Shown: positions 9,320 to 19,045 of the stretch, piece by piece
Layout: each line of letters starts with the position of its first letter
Position numbering within the stretch: the stretch's first letter is position 1
NCBI GenBank assembly: GCA_002839375.1
Contig: PGXY01000004.1
Coordinates: 277,817-341,816 of the forward strand
DNA: 64,000 nt
Source: Spirochaetae bacterium HGW-Spirochaetae-1
Lineage (GTDB): Bacteria > Spirochaetota > UBA4802 > UBA5550
Direction: 5' to 3'
Program-made: the position numbers and the translations under genes
The notes under the pieces: model-generated
Told to the model about the DNA's origin: nothing
What the model saw: the letters and a program-made list of their open reading frames with translations, nothing else
The model's database searches: none

Positions 9320-10384
9320 ATGAAAAAAGCCCTTATTACCGGCATTACCGGCCAGGACGGTTCTTATCTCGCGGAATTACTCCTTGAAAAAGGATACGAG
9401 GTTCACGGCGTTGTCCGGCGAAGCTCTTCTTTTAACCGGGAAAGGATCGAACCCCTGTATCTGACCACGCTGATACAGGACAGTCATATCTATAATAAAC
9501 TGCAGCTGCATTACGGTGATATGACCGATTCAAGCAACCTGATCAGGCTTGTCCAGACCGTTCAGCCCCATGAGATATATAACCTGGCAGCGCAGTCCCA
9601 TGTGAAGGTCTCTTTCGATGTTCCGGAATACACGGCCGATACGGACGGCCTTGGTACGCTGCGTCTTCTCGAAGCTGTCCGGTTGCTGAACCTCGAGAAA
9701 GAGACGCGCATCTACCAGGCGTCAACATCGGAACTGTTCGGCAAAGTGCAGGAGGTTCCCCAGAGCGAGAACACGCCTTTCTATCCACGGAGCCCCTACG
9801 GTGTGGCGAAACTCTATGCCTACTGGATCGTGAAAAATTATCGCGAGGCCTACGGCATGCATGCCAGCAATGGCATTCTTTTTAATCATGAATCGGAACG
9901 CCGCGGTGAAAATTTCGTGACAAGGAAAATAAGCCTGGCTGCGGCGCGCATATCCCTGGGTATGCAGAAAAAGCTGTATCTCGGCAACCTCGATGCAAAA
10001 CGCGACTGGGGATACGCCCGGGACTATGTTGAATGCATGTGGCTCATGCTGCGTCAGGACGAGTCGGACGATTATGTCGTGGCTACGGGAGAGACTCATT
10101 CCGTCAGGGAATTTGTCACCCTGGCCTTCAGTGAGGCAGGGATCGATCTGGAATGGAAAGGCCAGGGAGTTGATGAAAAGGGAATCAACAGGGCTAACGG
10201 CGATACATTGATTGAAATTGATCCCGCCTACTTCAGGCCTGCCGAGGTTGATATTTTGGTGGGAGACGCATCAAAGGCCAGACAGCGCCTGGGATGGGTG
10301 CCGAAAACAACCTTTGGAGATTTATGCCGGATAATGGTGGCCGCTGATATGAGGAAATGTACCGATGAGCAAAAGATCCGGTAA
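9320..10384 (+). CDS. gmd: GDP-mannose 4,6-dehydratase
   Basis: It starts [30 protein letters not shown] with the conserved Gmd N-terminus and is 354 aa. Confidence 0.9.
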   Translation: MKKALITGITGQDGSYLAELLLEKGYEVHGVVRRSSSFNRERIEPLYLTTLIQDSHIYNKLQLHYGDMTDSSNLIRLVQTVQPHEIYNLAAQSHVKVSFDVPEYTADTDGLGTLRLLEAVRLLNLEKETRIYQASTSELFGKVQEVPQSENTPFYPRSPYGVAKLYAYWIVKNYREAYGMHASNGILFNHESERRGENFVTRKISLAAARISLGMQKKLYLGNLDAKRDWGYARDYVECMWLMLRQDESDDYVVATGETHSVREFVTLAFSEAGIDLEWKGQGVDEKGINRANGDTLIEIDPAYFRPAEVDILVGDASKARQRLGWVPKTTFGDLCRIMVAADMRKCTDEQKIR

Positions 10385-11285
10385 AGTTCTCATCATTGGA
10401 ATTGACAGTTTCACCGGGGGGTATCTTGAGAGAGAACTTCTCTCCGCCGGTTATGACGTGAACGGAACGGTTTTTGGCGAATCCCCCGGAGAAAATTATT
10501 TTCAGTGTAATGTGAAGGACAGGGAACAGGTTGCCGGTGTGCTTCAGAAAACGGCTCCGGACTATATTATTAATCTCGTAGCGCAGTCCTTCGTAGCCCA
10601 TGATGACATGCGGGAGTTTTATGAGGTGAATCTTTTCGGAACCATAAATCTTCTCGATGCCATACTGGATACTGCCGGACAGGGACTACCGGCTAAAATC
10701 ATTTTAGCCAGTACTGCCAATGTGTATGGAAAAACCGCCTATGCCGTCCTTGATGAGAATATTTGTCCCAATCCCGTGAATCATTACGCCCTGAGCAAAT
10801 ATGCCATGGAAAAAATCGCCGCGAATTATTTTGACCGGCTTAATATAATGATAACCCGTCCTTTCAACTATACCGGCGTGGGACAGTCGGAGAAATTTAT
10901 CATCCCCAAAATCGTCGGGCATTTCCTTGAGAAAAAAGACATTATCGAGCTGGGGAATATGGACAGCGAACGGGATTTTTCCGATGTGCGTGACGTAGTC
11001 AGGGCTTACCGGGTTATAATGGAATCGGACCTGAATTCCGGGATTATAAATATCTGTTCTTCCAGGACCATAAGCATATCCAGAATTCTGGAACTGGCCC
11101 GGGCATATTCCCATCATGATATAAAAATAGCCGTGAACAATTCATTCAAAAGGCGGAGCGATATCCGGAGCCTGAGGGGCGACAACGGCAAGCTTAGACA
11201 GCTTGGCTACGTAAGTCAATATACGATTGAAGATACCATCGCATGGATGCTTTCCGGGGAGCAGAAGAATGCCGGTGATAATTAA
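10365..11285 (+). CDS. NAD-dependent epimerase/dehydratase, probable GDP-4-keto-6-deoxy-D-mannose reductase (Rmd-like) or GDP-fucose synthase-like
   Basis: It has a Rossmann-type GxxGxxG N-terminus ([13 protein letters not shown]) and an SDR-extended fold, and lies immediately downstream of and overlapping gmd. Confidence 0.6.
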   Translation: MSKRSGKVLIIGIDSFTGGYLERELLSAGYDVNGTVFGESPGENYFQCNVKDREQVAGVLQKTAPDYIINLVAQSFVAHDDMREFYEVNLFGTINLLDAILDTAGQGLPAKIILASTANVYGKTAYAVLDENICPNPVNHYALSKYAMEKIAANYFDRLNIMITRPFNYTGVGQSEKFIIPKIVGHFLEKKDIIELGNMDSERDFSDVRDVVRAYRVIMESDLNSGIINICSSRTISISRILELARAYSHHDIKIAVNNSFKRRSDIRSLRGDNGKLRQLGYVSQYTIEDTIAWMLSGEQKNAGDN

Positions 11286-11877
11286 AAGTACGAATATCGC
11301 CAAAAAATTCAACCGCATGACCCTTTTCCGGGATATTTCTTTCTCTCTTTCCGCGGGCCAGTCCCTGTCCCTGACGGGGCGCAACGGTTCGGGAAAATCC
11401 ACACTGCTCAAAATAATTGCCGGTATCACCAGTCCTTCGTCGGGTTCCATGACCTATGCATTGAACGGTGCTGCCCTGGGGCGATATGATTTTTTCAGCC
11501 ATATAGGTTTTATCAGTCCCGTCATGAATGTTTATGAGGAACTCACGGGACTGGAAAATCTTCGGTTTGTCGGCGGGGTAAAGGACGATGATAGAAGCCT
11601 TGCCTTACTGGACAGGTTTGAGCTCCGGGGTCATGAGAACAAACCGGTTCGGCTCTATTCCTCGGGGATGAAGCAGCGGCTGAAACTGGCCTGCTGTCTT
11701 CTTAACGATCCTCCCGTACTCCTTCTCGATGAACCGGGCATGAACCTGGACCGGAAAGGCAGGGATATCATCTATTCATACCTGGATTCCGTCAGGGAAG
11801 ACAGGATAATCATCATCGCAACCAATGAAAATGAAGAGGCCGCACTGTGCCGGGGGAGGATCGACCTTGATCACTGA
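11269..11877 (+). CDS. ccmA: Cytochrome c biogenesis (heme export) ABC ATPase CcmA
   Basis: It carries Walker A GRNGSGKST, an ABC signature and a Walker B LLLDEP. I chose the start at ATG 11269, with GGGGAG upstream, rather than 11227, to limit overlap with the upstream gene. Confidence 0.8.
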   Translation: MPVIIKSTNIAKKFNRMTLFRDISFSLSAGQSLSLTGRNGSGKSTLLKIIAGITSPSSGSMTYALNGAALGRYDFFSHIGFISPVMNVYEELTGLENLRFVGGVKDDDRSLALLDRFELRGHENKPVRLYSSGMKQRLKLACCLLNDPPVLLLDEPGMNLDRKGRDIIYSYLDSVREDRIIIIATNENEEAALCRGRIDLDH

Positions 11878-12529
11878 TGTGCTGCGTCAGTTGAAAAAAG
11901 ACTTCCTTGTTGAATTTCGCAGCCGTGCTGCCGTGAATACGGCCCTGGCCTTCGCCGGCATCATCACCCTTTCCATAAGCCTGGCTGCAGGCGGAACGCC
12001 TTTTTCAGCACTGGTTCAGGCCGTATTTCTCTGGATCATCCTGTTTTTCAGCGCCATGAACGGGCTGCTTCATATTTTTACCCGCGAGGAAGAGGAGCAG
12101 ACATCGCTGTTCCTGAGCCTCAACGTTCAGGCTGAAGCGGTCTACCTGGCCAAACTTGTCTTCAACATCACCTTTTTTCTTGTCATTGAAATGGTTACCT
12201 GTCCGCTTTTTATTTTCTTCCTGCAGGTAACGGTGATGGATCTCATCCTGTTTGTCATGACCGTGCTTTCGGGCGGGCTCGCCCTTGCATCGGCGGTAAC
12301 CATGCTGGCGGCAATGACTGCACGGGCCGGGGGCAAGGGAGCGCTTTTTACGGTCATATCCTTTCCCGTTGTTCTTCCTGTTATATGGGTCAGCATCGGC
12401 GCCACTGTGGAGTCGCTCCAGGGGGCTTCCGGGGATGCGTGGAACAGCGTGGTTTTTTTACTTGCATTTTCCGGTGCTGTCACGGCTATATCGTTTCTAT
12501 TATTCCGATATGTGTGGTACGATGAATGA
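11825..12529 (+). CDS. ccmB: Heme exporter permease CcmB (start uncertain: ATG 11825, TTG 11867 or GTG 11879)
   Basis: It is a multi-pass membrane protein beginning ...FLVEFRSRAAVNTALAF, like CcmB. A GGGGGAGGA RBS at 11852-11860 favours the TTG at 11867. Confidence 0.75.
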   Translation: MKMKRPHCAGGGSTLITDVLRQLKKDFLVEFRSRAAVNTALAFAGIITLSISLAAGGTPFSALVQAVFLWIILFFSAMNGLLHIFTREEEEQTSLFLSLNVQAEAVYLAKLVFNITFFLVIEMVTCPLFIFFLQVTVMDLILFVMTVLSGGLALASAVTMLAAMTARAGGKGALFTVISFPVVLPVIWVSIGATVESLQGASGDAWNSVVFLLAFSGAVTAISFLLFRYVWYDE

Positions 12530-13203
12530 AAACAGGAAGACTGGTTTACCTATTCATGCCCGCGGCCATTATCATGGCCTTCTTATATGCTCCTCCGGCG
12601 GCAGGTCTCGGTGAGGCCAGCAGGATAGTATATTTTCATGTTCCCCTTGCCTGGGGTTCCGTACTGGCCTTCGCGGTCTCGGGGATTTTTTCCATCAGGT
12701 ATCTTTTCGGCAGTAACGGAAGCGAGGCGATGCTCGATATGAAAGCCCATCACTCCGCCGGCATCGGGCTTACCTTTACCGTGCTGGCCATTATATCCGG
12801 ATCGATCTGGGCTAAAATGAGCTGGGGAAGCTACTGGAACTGGGACCCGCGTGAAACTTCCATCGTTATTCTGTTACTGATATACATTTCCTATTTTGCT
12901 CTTTTCGGTGCCATGAGCGACAACGGGAATCGCGGAAGAATATCCTCGGTTTACCTGATACTTGTCATGGTGATTGTACCGTTCTTTATTTTCGTTGTGC
13001 CGAGAGTATATCCGTCTCTTCACCCCGATCCCATAATTAACGCGGAAAAGAAAATGAATATGGATATAAAAATGCGGATGACTCTCCTGGTTTCGACCGT
13101 GTCATTTACGCTGCTCTATGTTTATTTCATGGGAATGAGAAACAGGCTGATGGGAATTGAGCAAAAGATTGATGAAAAGATTGAGAACAGGCGAGAGATG
13201 TAA
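12526..13203 (+). CDS. ccmC: Heme exporter protein CcmC
   Basis: It has the Trp-rich WWD motif WGSYWNWDPRETS. ATGA stop/start overlap with ccmB. Confidence 0.85.
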   Translation: MKTGRLVYLFMPAAIIMAFLYAPPAAGLGEASRIVYFHVPLAWGSVLAFAVSGIFSIRYLFGSNGSEAMLDMKAHHSAGIGLTFTVLAIISGSIWAKMSWGSYWNWDPRETSIVILLLIYISYFALFGAMSDNGNRGRISSVYLILVMVIVPFFIFVVPRVYPSLHPDPIINAEKKMNMDIKMRMTLLVSTVSFTLLYVYFMGMRNRLMGIEQKIDEKIENRREM

Positions 13204-13205
13204 CT

Positions 13206-13535
13206 ATGAATAAATTATCAATGGCAATAGCAATCTGTTTATTAATGGCCGGTTCACTTGTACCGCGGGTAAACCAGGTAACCGATGGAAAAATATCAGC
13301 ATCAGCGCCGCAGTATTCCCTGGTGTATGCCGGTGAAAAGGATCTCCGGATTGCCGGTGATTCTTACAAGAAGGACGGCGGGAATGACATGAAGAAGAAC
13401 GACGATCGCGGCGGAGACGGCGTTCTCTACCGGGTTATGGCTATTGTCCTTGTTATATGGATGGGGCTTGCCCTGTATCTTTTCCGCATGGACCGGAAAA
13501 TTGTAAAACTGGAGAAGGACCTCAATGAACGTTAA
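13206..13535 (+). CDS. ccmD: CcmD-like small membrane protein
   Basis: It has a C-terminal TM helix plus basic tail (VLYRVMAIVLVIWMGLALYLFRMDRK) positioned between ccmC and ccmE. At 109 aa it is longer than the canonical CcmD. Confidence 0.55.
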   Translation: MNKLSMAIAICLLMAGSLVPRVNQVTDGKISASAPQYSLVYAGEKDLRIAGDSYKKDGGNDMKKNDDRGGDGVLYRVMAIVLVIWMGLALYLFRMDRKIVKLEKDLNER

Positions 13536-13917
13536 GCGTATTGTTATTTTTCTCGCTGCCGTCGCCCTGCTTATCACCGGTATCGTGGTTCTCAGCGACG
13601 ACATCATGTCTCCCTACGTGCCCTTTGACGAGGCGAAAAAGAAGGCCGGGACGTATGTACAGATCATCGGCTCTCTTGATAAGGCTGTTCCCGTGGTGCA
13701 TGGAGAAGGGAAGTACATGTTTACTATGGTCGACAAAGAGAATGGAAGCATGAGAGTCGTCCATGGTGACGTAAAACCCCTCAATTTTGAGCATGCCGAA
13801 CAAATAGTCGTACTGGGCAGGTTCAGTACTGCGGGAAATATCTTTGAAGCGGACAAGATCCTGGTAAAATGTCCGTCCAAATACAACAAAGATCCGAAAC
13901 AGTCCGTCAACGAATAA
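13525..13917 (+). CDS. ccmE: Heme chaperone CcmE, variant CxxxY type
   Basis: It has an N-terminal membrane anchor and an OB-fold-like body. The C-terminal ILVKCPSKYN aligns with the canonical LAKHDENY, with His replaced by Cys. Confidence 0.8.
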   Translation: MNVKRIVIFLAAVALLITGIVVLSDDIMSPYVPFDEAKKKAGTYVQIIGSLDKAVPVVHGEGKYMFTMVDKENGSMRVVHGDVKPLNFEHAEQIVVLGRFSTAGNIFEADKILVKCPSKYNKDPKQSVNE

Positions 13918-13938
13918 TATATCATGAGGTAGGAACCG

Positions 13939-16122
13939 ATGAATCTAGGATTTGTGCTGCTCATTTTTGTCCTGACCGTTTCACTGATTATACTGTTTTT
14001 TCTGGCCCGCAGCGCCTCGGGGAACATGTTCAATCTGGTGACTTCACGGCAGCTTTTTTATCTTACGACCATCCTTCTTTTTTTCGCCCTGATGTTTCTC
14101 CTCAGCGCTTTTCTCAATGATGAGTTCAAGTATCTCTATGTATACCAGAACTCATCGCGCAGTCTTTCCCCGATATATAAATTAGCCGCGGTCTGGGCCG
14201 GCAAGGAAGGGAGTTTTCTTCTCTGGGCCTTTATTCTGAATATAACCGGCGTTATCGTAACCCGCACGGAACATAAAAACGAAAATATCATCATGTCCGT
14301 CATAACCGTGACGCAGATTTTTATTCTGCTTCTGCTTATTGCCGAATCACCCTTCCGGTTCATATGGGACGCTTATCCTGAACACTTCAAGCAGGGCATC
14401 GTACCTATGGGCCTGGACGGCGAGGGCATGAATCCCCTTCTCATCGATCCCTGGATGGTGGTGCATCCGCCCGTGCTCTTCCTTGGATATGCTACGGCCA
14501 CGGTACCCTTCGGATACGCCATTGCCGCACTGCTGAAGAAAGAATATAAGGAATGGATCAAACCGGCCTATCCCTGGGTCCTTTTCAGCATGGTGACACT
14601 GGGAGTGGGCATTTTTCTGGGCGGCTACTGGGCATACAAGGTCCTGGGCTGGGGAGGCTTCTGGGGCTGGGACCCCGTTGAAAATTCATCGCTCATACCC
14701 TGGCTCGTCGTAGTGGCCCTCATGCATGGCATGTTTATTCAGAAGCGCAAGGGCGCCCTGGTGAAGACCAATATTATTCTGGCGATGGCCTATTTTATTC
14801 TCGTGTTCTACAGCACCTTTCTGACTAGGAGCGGCGTACTTTCTAATTTTTCCGTTCATTCCTTCGGGGCAGGGGGCATATCGGGCTATCTCCTGTATTT
14901 TATCATCTTCTACCTGTTCATAAGCGTTTTTCTCATAGTTAAAGGATATAAGGAAATTCAATCAACGGCACTGAGCAATCGGATCTGGACATGGGAAAAC
15001 CTTACTATTTACGGACTCATGACACTGGTCATATACTCTCTCATTATTCTGGCGGGAACATCCATGCCCATTATATCGGGCCTCTTCGTGGAAAATCCCA
15101 CGGCCGTGACGGAGCGTTTCTATAACAACCTGTCGGTTCCCCTGGGCCTGCTTATCATGGGACTCATGGTGGCCGCTACCATCGCTGCCCAGGGACAGCA
15201 TTTTCAGAAGCGGGCGGCCATAATACTTGCCGTCGCGGCGCTGCTCCTGGCCCTGGTCTTTAACGCCGGGACGACATTCAACCCCGTGGCCTATATCTTT
15301 ACCGCCGTGGCCCTGTTCATGGTCTTCAGCTATCTTTCTGATATGGTCCGATTTAAGATCAGGCTTGTTCTGGCCTCACGGCTGACTCATCTGGGAGTGG
15401 GGATTTTTATCATCGGTGTCATCGCATCGGGATATCATTCCACGACATTTCAGAAAGAGCTGGAAATCGGGAAGGAGGAACTGGTGGGTCCCGTGGCCCT
15501 GACCTTCACGGGATTCAACGAAGGTGAGAAATCCAGCGTTTCCTTCACCATCAGGGAAAGCAGCGGCACGAAAGATTTTAAAACGGATTACTATGTAACG
15601 GAAAAAACCAATTCTCTGTACCGCGAGCCTTATATTATGAGCGGACTGTTCGGCGATATCTATATAACCCCCCAGGAATATCATTCCGGTATAACAGCCA
15701 TATCCCTGGTAAATCTTTCCAAGGGTGAGGAGAAAAAGATCGGGGATCTCACGGTGAAATTCATTGGATTCAGAACCGAGGGTATGACCGAGGGTATGAC
15801 CGCCGGTATGCCCGTGGTGTATACCGATCTGGAAATCAACGGCCAGAGAGTATCGCCGGGCTTTAAAATAGTCGAGGGGCACCGTCATCCGATAGATGCG
15901 AAAATTCCCGGCAGCGGAAGGGTTGTAACATTGCGGCAGGTTGATGTGAACAGCCGTGCCGTGGAGCTTTTCATCGATCCGGGTAAGAATACAACGGTTC
16001 CGCCCGATTCCATCATAGTTGATCTTTCGGTCAAGCGCATGATATGGCTGGTATGGGCCGGGACAGTGCTCATCGCCCTGGGAGGGATTGTAACCCTGGT
16101 TCAGCGCGCCGGTAAAGATTGA
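13939..16122 (+). CDS. ccmF: Cytochrome c-type biogenesis protein CcmF (heme lyase component)
   Basis: It is a 727-aa polytopic membrane protein with the WWD domain WGGFWGWDPVENSSLIPWL. Confidence 0.9.
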   Translation: MNLGFVLLIFVLTVSLIILFFLARSASGNMFNLVTSRQLFYLTTILLFFALMFLLSAFLNDEFKYLYVYQNSSRSLSPIYKLAAVWAGKEGSFLLWAFILNITGVIVTRTEHKNENIIMSVITVTQIFILLLLIAESPFRFIWDAYPEHFKQGIVPMGLDGEGMNPLLIDPWMVVHPPVLFLGYATATVPFGYAIAALLKKEYKEWIKPAYPWVLFSMVTLGVGIFLGGYWAYKVLGWGGFWGWDPVENSSLIPWLVVVALMHGMFIQKRKGALVKTNIILAMAYFILVFYSTFLTRSGVLSNFSVHSFGAGGISGYLLYFIIFYLFISVFLIVKGYKEIQSTALSNRIWTWENLTIYGLMTLVIYSLIILAGTSMPIISGLFVENPTAVTERFYNNLSVPLGLLIMGLMVAATIAAQGQHFQKRAAIILAVAALLLALVFNAGTTFNPVAYIFTAVALFMVFSYLSDMVRFKIRLVLASRLTHLGVGIFIIGVIASGYHSTTFQKELEIGKEELVGPVALTFTGFNEGEKSSVSFTIRESSGTKDFKTDYYVTEKTNSLYREPYIMSGLFGDIYITPQEYHSGITAISLVNLSKGEEKKIGDLTVKFIGFRTEGMTEGMTAGMPVVYTDLEINGQRVSPGFKIVEGHRHPIDAKIPGSGRVVTLRQVDVNSRAVELFIDPGKNTTVPPDSIIVDLSVKRMIWLVWAGTVLIALGGIVTLVQRAGKD

Positions 16123-16247
16123 ATACTGTTTAACATCTTTTCAAATATGAACAGGGCCTATTAGATCATTGACAAAAAATATCAGTCTATTCTCCTTAGT
16201 AAAAAGCCCAATCAGGCTCTTTAAATGGGGAGAAAACCGATATAACC

Positions 16248-17534
16248 ATGAATATTATCGTAATAGCCTTTCTTCTTACGGCATTTTTTCTTTTTGAATC
16301 TGCCTTTACCGTGTACAGGCTGCATCGAGATGCTGCACTGAACCGGGTCTGCGCTTTGCTGCTTATGCTTTTTACTGTTTTATGTGTTATATTCGCTCTT
16401 TTTGTATCGGAGCGGAGCCATGATGCGGCATGGATGCTGTCAAAATTTTCCGTAATACTCTCGTGTTTTGTGGGGAGTATCACCCTGCATTTTCTTCTTC
16501 TCCTGGGAGGATATGAATCCCTGAAGGGGAAAAAAATACTCATAGCCCTTTTATATGTTCCCGCGGTTGTTCTGGCAATTTACGCTGTCATGCATAATCT
16601 CGTTGTTGTCGATGTTTATCTCACCGGTTTCGGATGGGATAACCGGCCCCGTTCAGAGCTGACGGTATGGGACGCGGTGTATTTTCTTTACAGTATGGGT
16701 TTTATCGCCGTGGGTATTGCCGTGGTTGTAGTGAAAAGTATTTTTTTTACTGTAGATGACCTGGCAAAAAAACAGAATTTAGCATTTATGAAGTTCAGCG
16801 GCGTGGGACTTTTCACGGTTATCATTTCCTCTTTGTTCCTGACATATCTCTACAACGATACATCACCTGATGTTATGATACTGGTATCGGATTTGTCGCA
16901 GGCAGGCTTCCTCATGGTATGGCTTGTCGGCCTGAGATATGTAATGTGGAAATATAAACTGCTTGTTGTGCTTCCCTCCTGTCATACCGGAGAACTCCTG
17001 TCGGGATTAAGCACGCCGATTTTGCTGATCGACGGCCGGGAAGAAATCATTTTTGCCAATAAAGAGGCGCTCAATATAATTTCCCCCGAACCTGAGAACA
17101 ATGAAGCTGTTGTAGGTCTATCCCTGAAGAAACTGATGGATAATTTCACGGCCCTGGAAGGTGAATATGAGAAAATTACCGGCGGCATGACCTCGCATCT
17201 GACGTGTACTGTCAGGTTTAATCTCGGCGATGAAAAGAGAAAAAGCGGCTATTTCCAGGTGCAGATGTATCCCATTCGGAATGAAGGCAACTATTATATC
17301 GGCAGCCTTATTATTATCAATCCGTCACCGGGTTTTTCTTTTCTCCGTTCCCAGTACGCTCTTACGGACCGGGAAATGGAAATAGTCCGGTTCTTAGACC
17401 AGGGTCTGAGCGCTCCGGCTATTGGCGGGCTTCTCTCCGTATCGGAACTGACGGTAAAGACCCATATCCACAACATATATCAAAAGACCGGTGCAAAGAA
17501 CAGGATCGGTCTTTCCCACCTGATCCGCAATTAG
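16248..17534 (+). CDS. Membrane-bound LuxR-family transcriptional regulator (multi-TM sensor + PAS-like + LuxR HTH)
   Basis: The N-terminal ~240 aa hold about 7 hydrophobic helices. The C-terminus has a LuxR-type HTH (LTDREMEIVRFLDQGLSAPAIGGLLSVSELTVKTHIHNIYQKTG). No receiver domain is present. Confidence 0.7.
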   Translation: MNIIVIAFLLTAFFLFESAFTVYRLHRDAALNRVCALLLMLFTVLCVIFALFVSERSHDAAWMLSKFSVILSCFVGSITLHFLLLLGGYESLKGKKILIALLYVPAVVLAIYAVMHNLVVVDVYLTGFGWDNRPRSELTVWDAVYFLYSMGFIAVGIAVVVVKSIFFTVDDLAKKQNLAFMKFSGVGLFTVIISSLFLTYLYNDTSPDVMILVSDLSQAGFLMVWLVGLRYVMWKYKLLVVLPSCHTGELLSGLSTPILLIDGREEIIFANKEALNIISPEPENNEAVVGLSLKKLMDNFTALEGEYEKITGGMTSHLTCTVRFNLGDEKRKSGYFQVQMYPIRNEGNYYIGSLIIINPSPGFSFLRSQYALTDREMEIVRFLDQGLSAPAIGGLLSVSELTVKTHIHNIYQKTGAKNRIGLSHLIRN

Positions 17535-17686
17535 TACGCCACTTTGTATACATCGATCGGTGTAGAAGGAATTAAAAAAATAAATCTCTGAAACTACACC
17601 GTTCGATGGATTTACGATCCTCCCTTTTAAGTTACATTAATCATGAAAAAACAAAAGACCATGCTTCGGAATCGTACTAACGGCGC

Positions 17687-18847
17687 ATGATCATTACTAT
17701 GGAGGATATGATGTTTTTTAAAAACTTTTACATGATCAGGTTGTCTCTTATTATGCTCATTTCTCTCTTCGCAGCGGGCTGCTTTCTTGATGATGAAGAG
17801 AATTTGGAGCTTGTTTTTGCTGATAATGTGGTAGTTATCGAGAATGATATTACCGTTCCGACAACCTGGGACAGCACCAAGGTGTATTATATCGAGTATA
17901 GAATGGGTGTGACCGCCTCGCTGACGATACCGGCCGGGACCGTTATCAAGTTTGGACGGGAGGGAGGTATCGATATAGATGCAACGGGAACGATTAACGC
18001 TGTCGGAACAGCGGGTCAACCTATTATCTTTACGTCTGTTAAGGACGACCGTTTCGGCGGTGATTCGATTCTTGACGGCGTAACCTCGGGATCAAGGGGT
18101 GACTGGGGTCAGCTCTGGTTTTCCTATGTGAACGGGTCAACCCTGAACTACTGCCAGTTTCATTTCGGCGGCAATGCCGGAACCGTGTCGGAATCGGTCA
18201 TCAATCTTTTCGGTGGCTCCAATGTCAGTATTACCAACTGTCTGTTTGCCTTTAATACCGGTTCGGGCAGTGATATGACGGGCGCTCTTGAAGCGAATGG
18301 TTCCGGGTCCGGAACAGTAATTACCGGCAATCGTTTCTACGGCAATATTTTGCCCCTCTCAATCAATGGGAACATGTCTCTCGATGACTCCAACAACTTT
18401 TCAAGCGTTGAAACTGATCCCAATACGGGGGAGCCCTTATTCATCAACACATACAATGGCGTTTTTATTGAAGTCAGCGATGGCATCGGTACGGTTGCAT
18501 GGCGCGAGACTGAAGTAGCCCTTGTACCGGCCACAAACAACACAATCCTGGTGAATGATAATGAAACGTTGACAATTGGAAACAATGTAGTAATGAAATT
18601 TCTTGATAGTGCTCATTTTGAATTTGATAGTAGTAACGGGGCATCCATCAATTATTCGGCGGGTGCGGTTGATTTTACCTCATACAAGGACGATTCTCGG
18701 CTGGGCGACACCAATGGGAACGGTGCAGCCAGTGCTCCCGATGCCGTAAATGGAAACTGGGACGGCGTATGGCGATGGAATTCAGGAACAGCGGAATGGG
18801 AAAGGTTATTTGTGACTGACTGCCAGTATCTAATTCCTCTTCCCTGA
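17687..18847 (+). CDS. Putative lipoprotein with Gly/Asn/Thr-rich beta-helix-like repeats
   Basis: It has a lipobox LFAAGC and a repetitive Gly/Asn/Thr-rich sequence typical of a parallel beta-helix. A strong terminator follows. Confidence 0.55.
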   Translation: MIITMEDMMFFKNFYMIRLSLIMLISLFAAGCFLDDEENLELVFADNVVVIENDITVPTTWDSTKVYYIEYRMGVTASLTIPAGTVIKFGREGGIDIDATGTINAVGTAGQPIIFTSVKDDRFGGDSILDGVTSGSRGDWGQLWFSYVNGSTLNYCQFHFGGNAGTVSESVINLFGGSNVSITNCLFAFNTGSGSDMTGALEANGSGSGTVITGNRFYGNILPLSINGNMSLDDSNNFSSVETDPNTGEPLFINTYNGVFIEVSDGIGTVAWRETEVALVPATNNTILVNDNETLTIGNNVVMKFLDSAHFEFDSSNGASINYSAGAVDFTSYKDDSRLGDTNGNGAASAPDAVNGNWDGVWRWNSGTAEWERLFVTDCQYLIPLP

Positions 18848-18873
18848 TTATTCAAGAATTAAATTGATAATTT

Positions 18874-18910
18874 ATCGCCCGGGGATGCATTCCCGGGCGA
18901 TCCTGTTTTA
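18874..18910 (+). terminator. Rho-independent terminator (10-bp perfect stem ATCGCCCGGG/CCCGGGCGAT, then CCTGTTTTA)
   Basis: Read directly from the sequence; located 27 nt after the stop of the 17687..18847 gene. Confidence 0.7.
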
Positions 18911-19045
18911 TGCTTGACGAAGTAGTTTTTATAATGTCCATTGCATGTGCTTGAGGCATTGTTTTAGTATGTTATATTCTATATTTTATAGAATATACTG
19001 ATTTAACTGCCTTGTCTAATTTAATCAACGGGAGGAAAGATAGAT

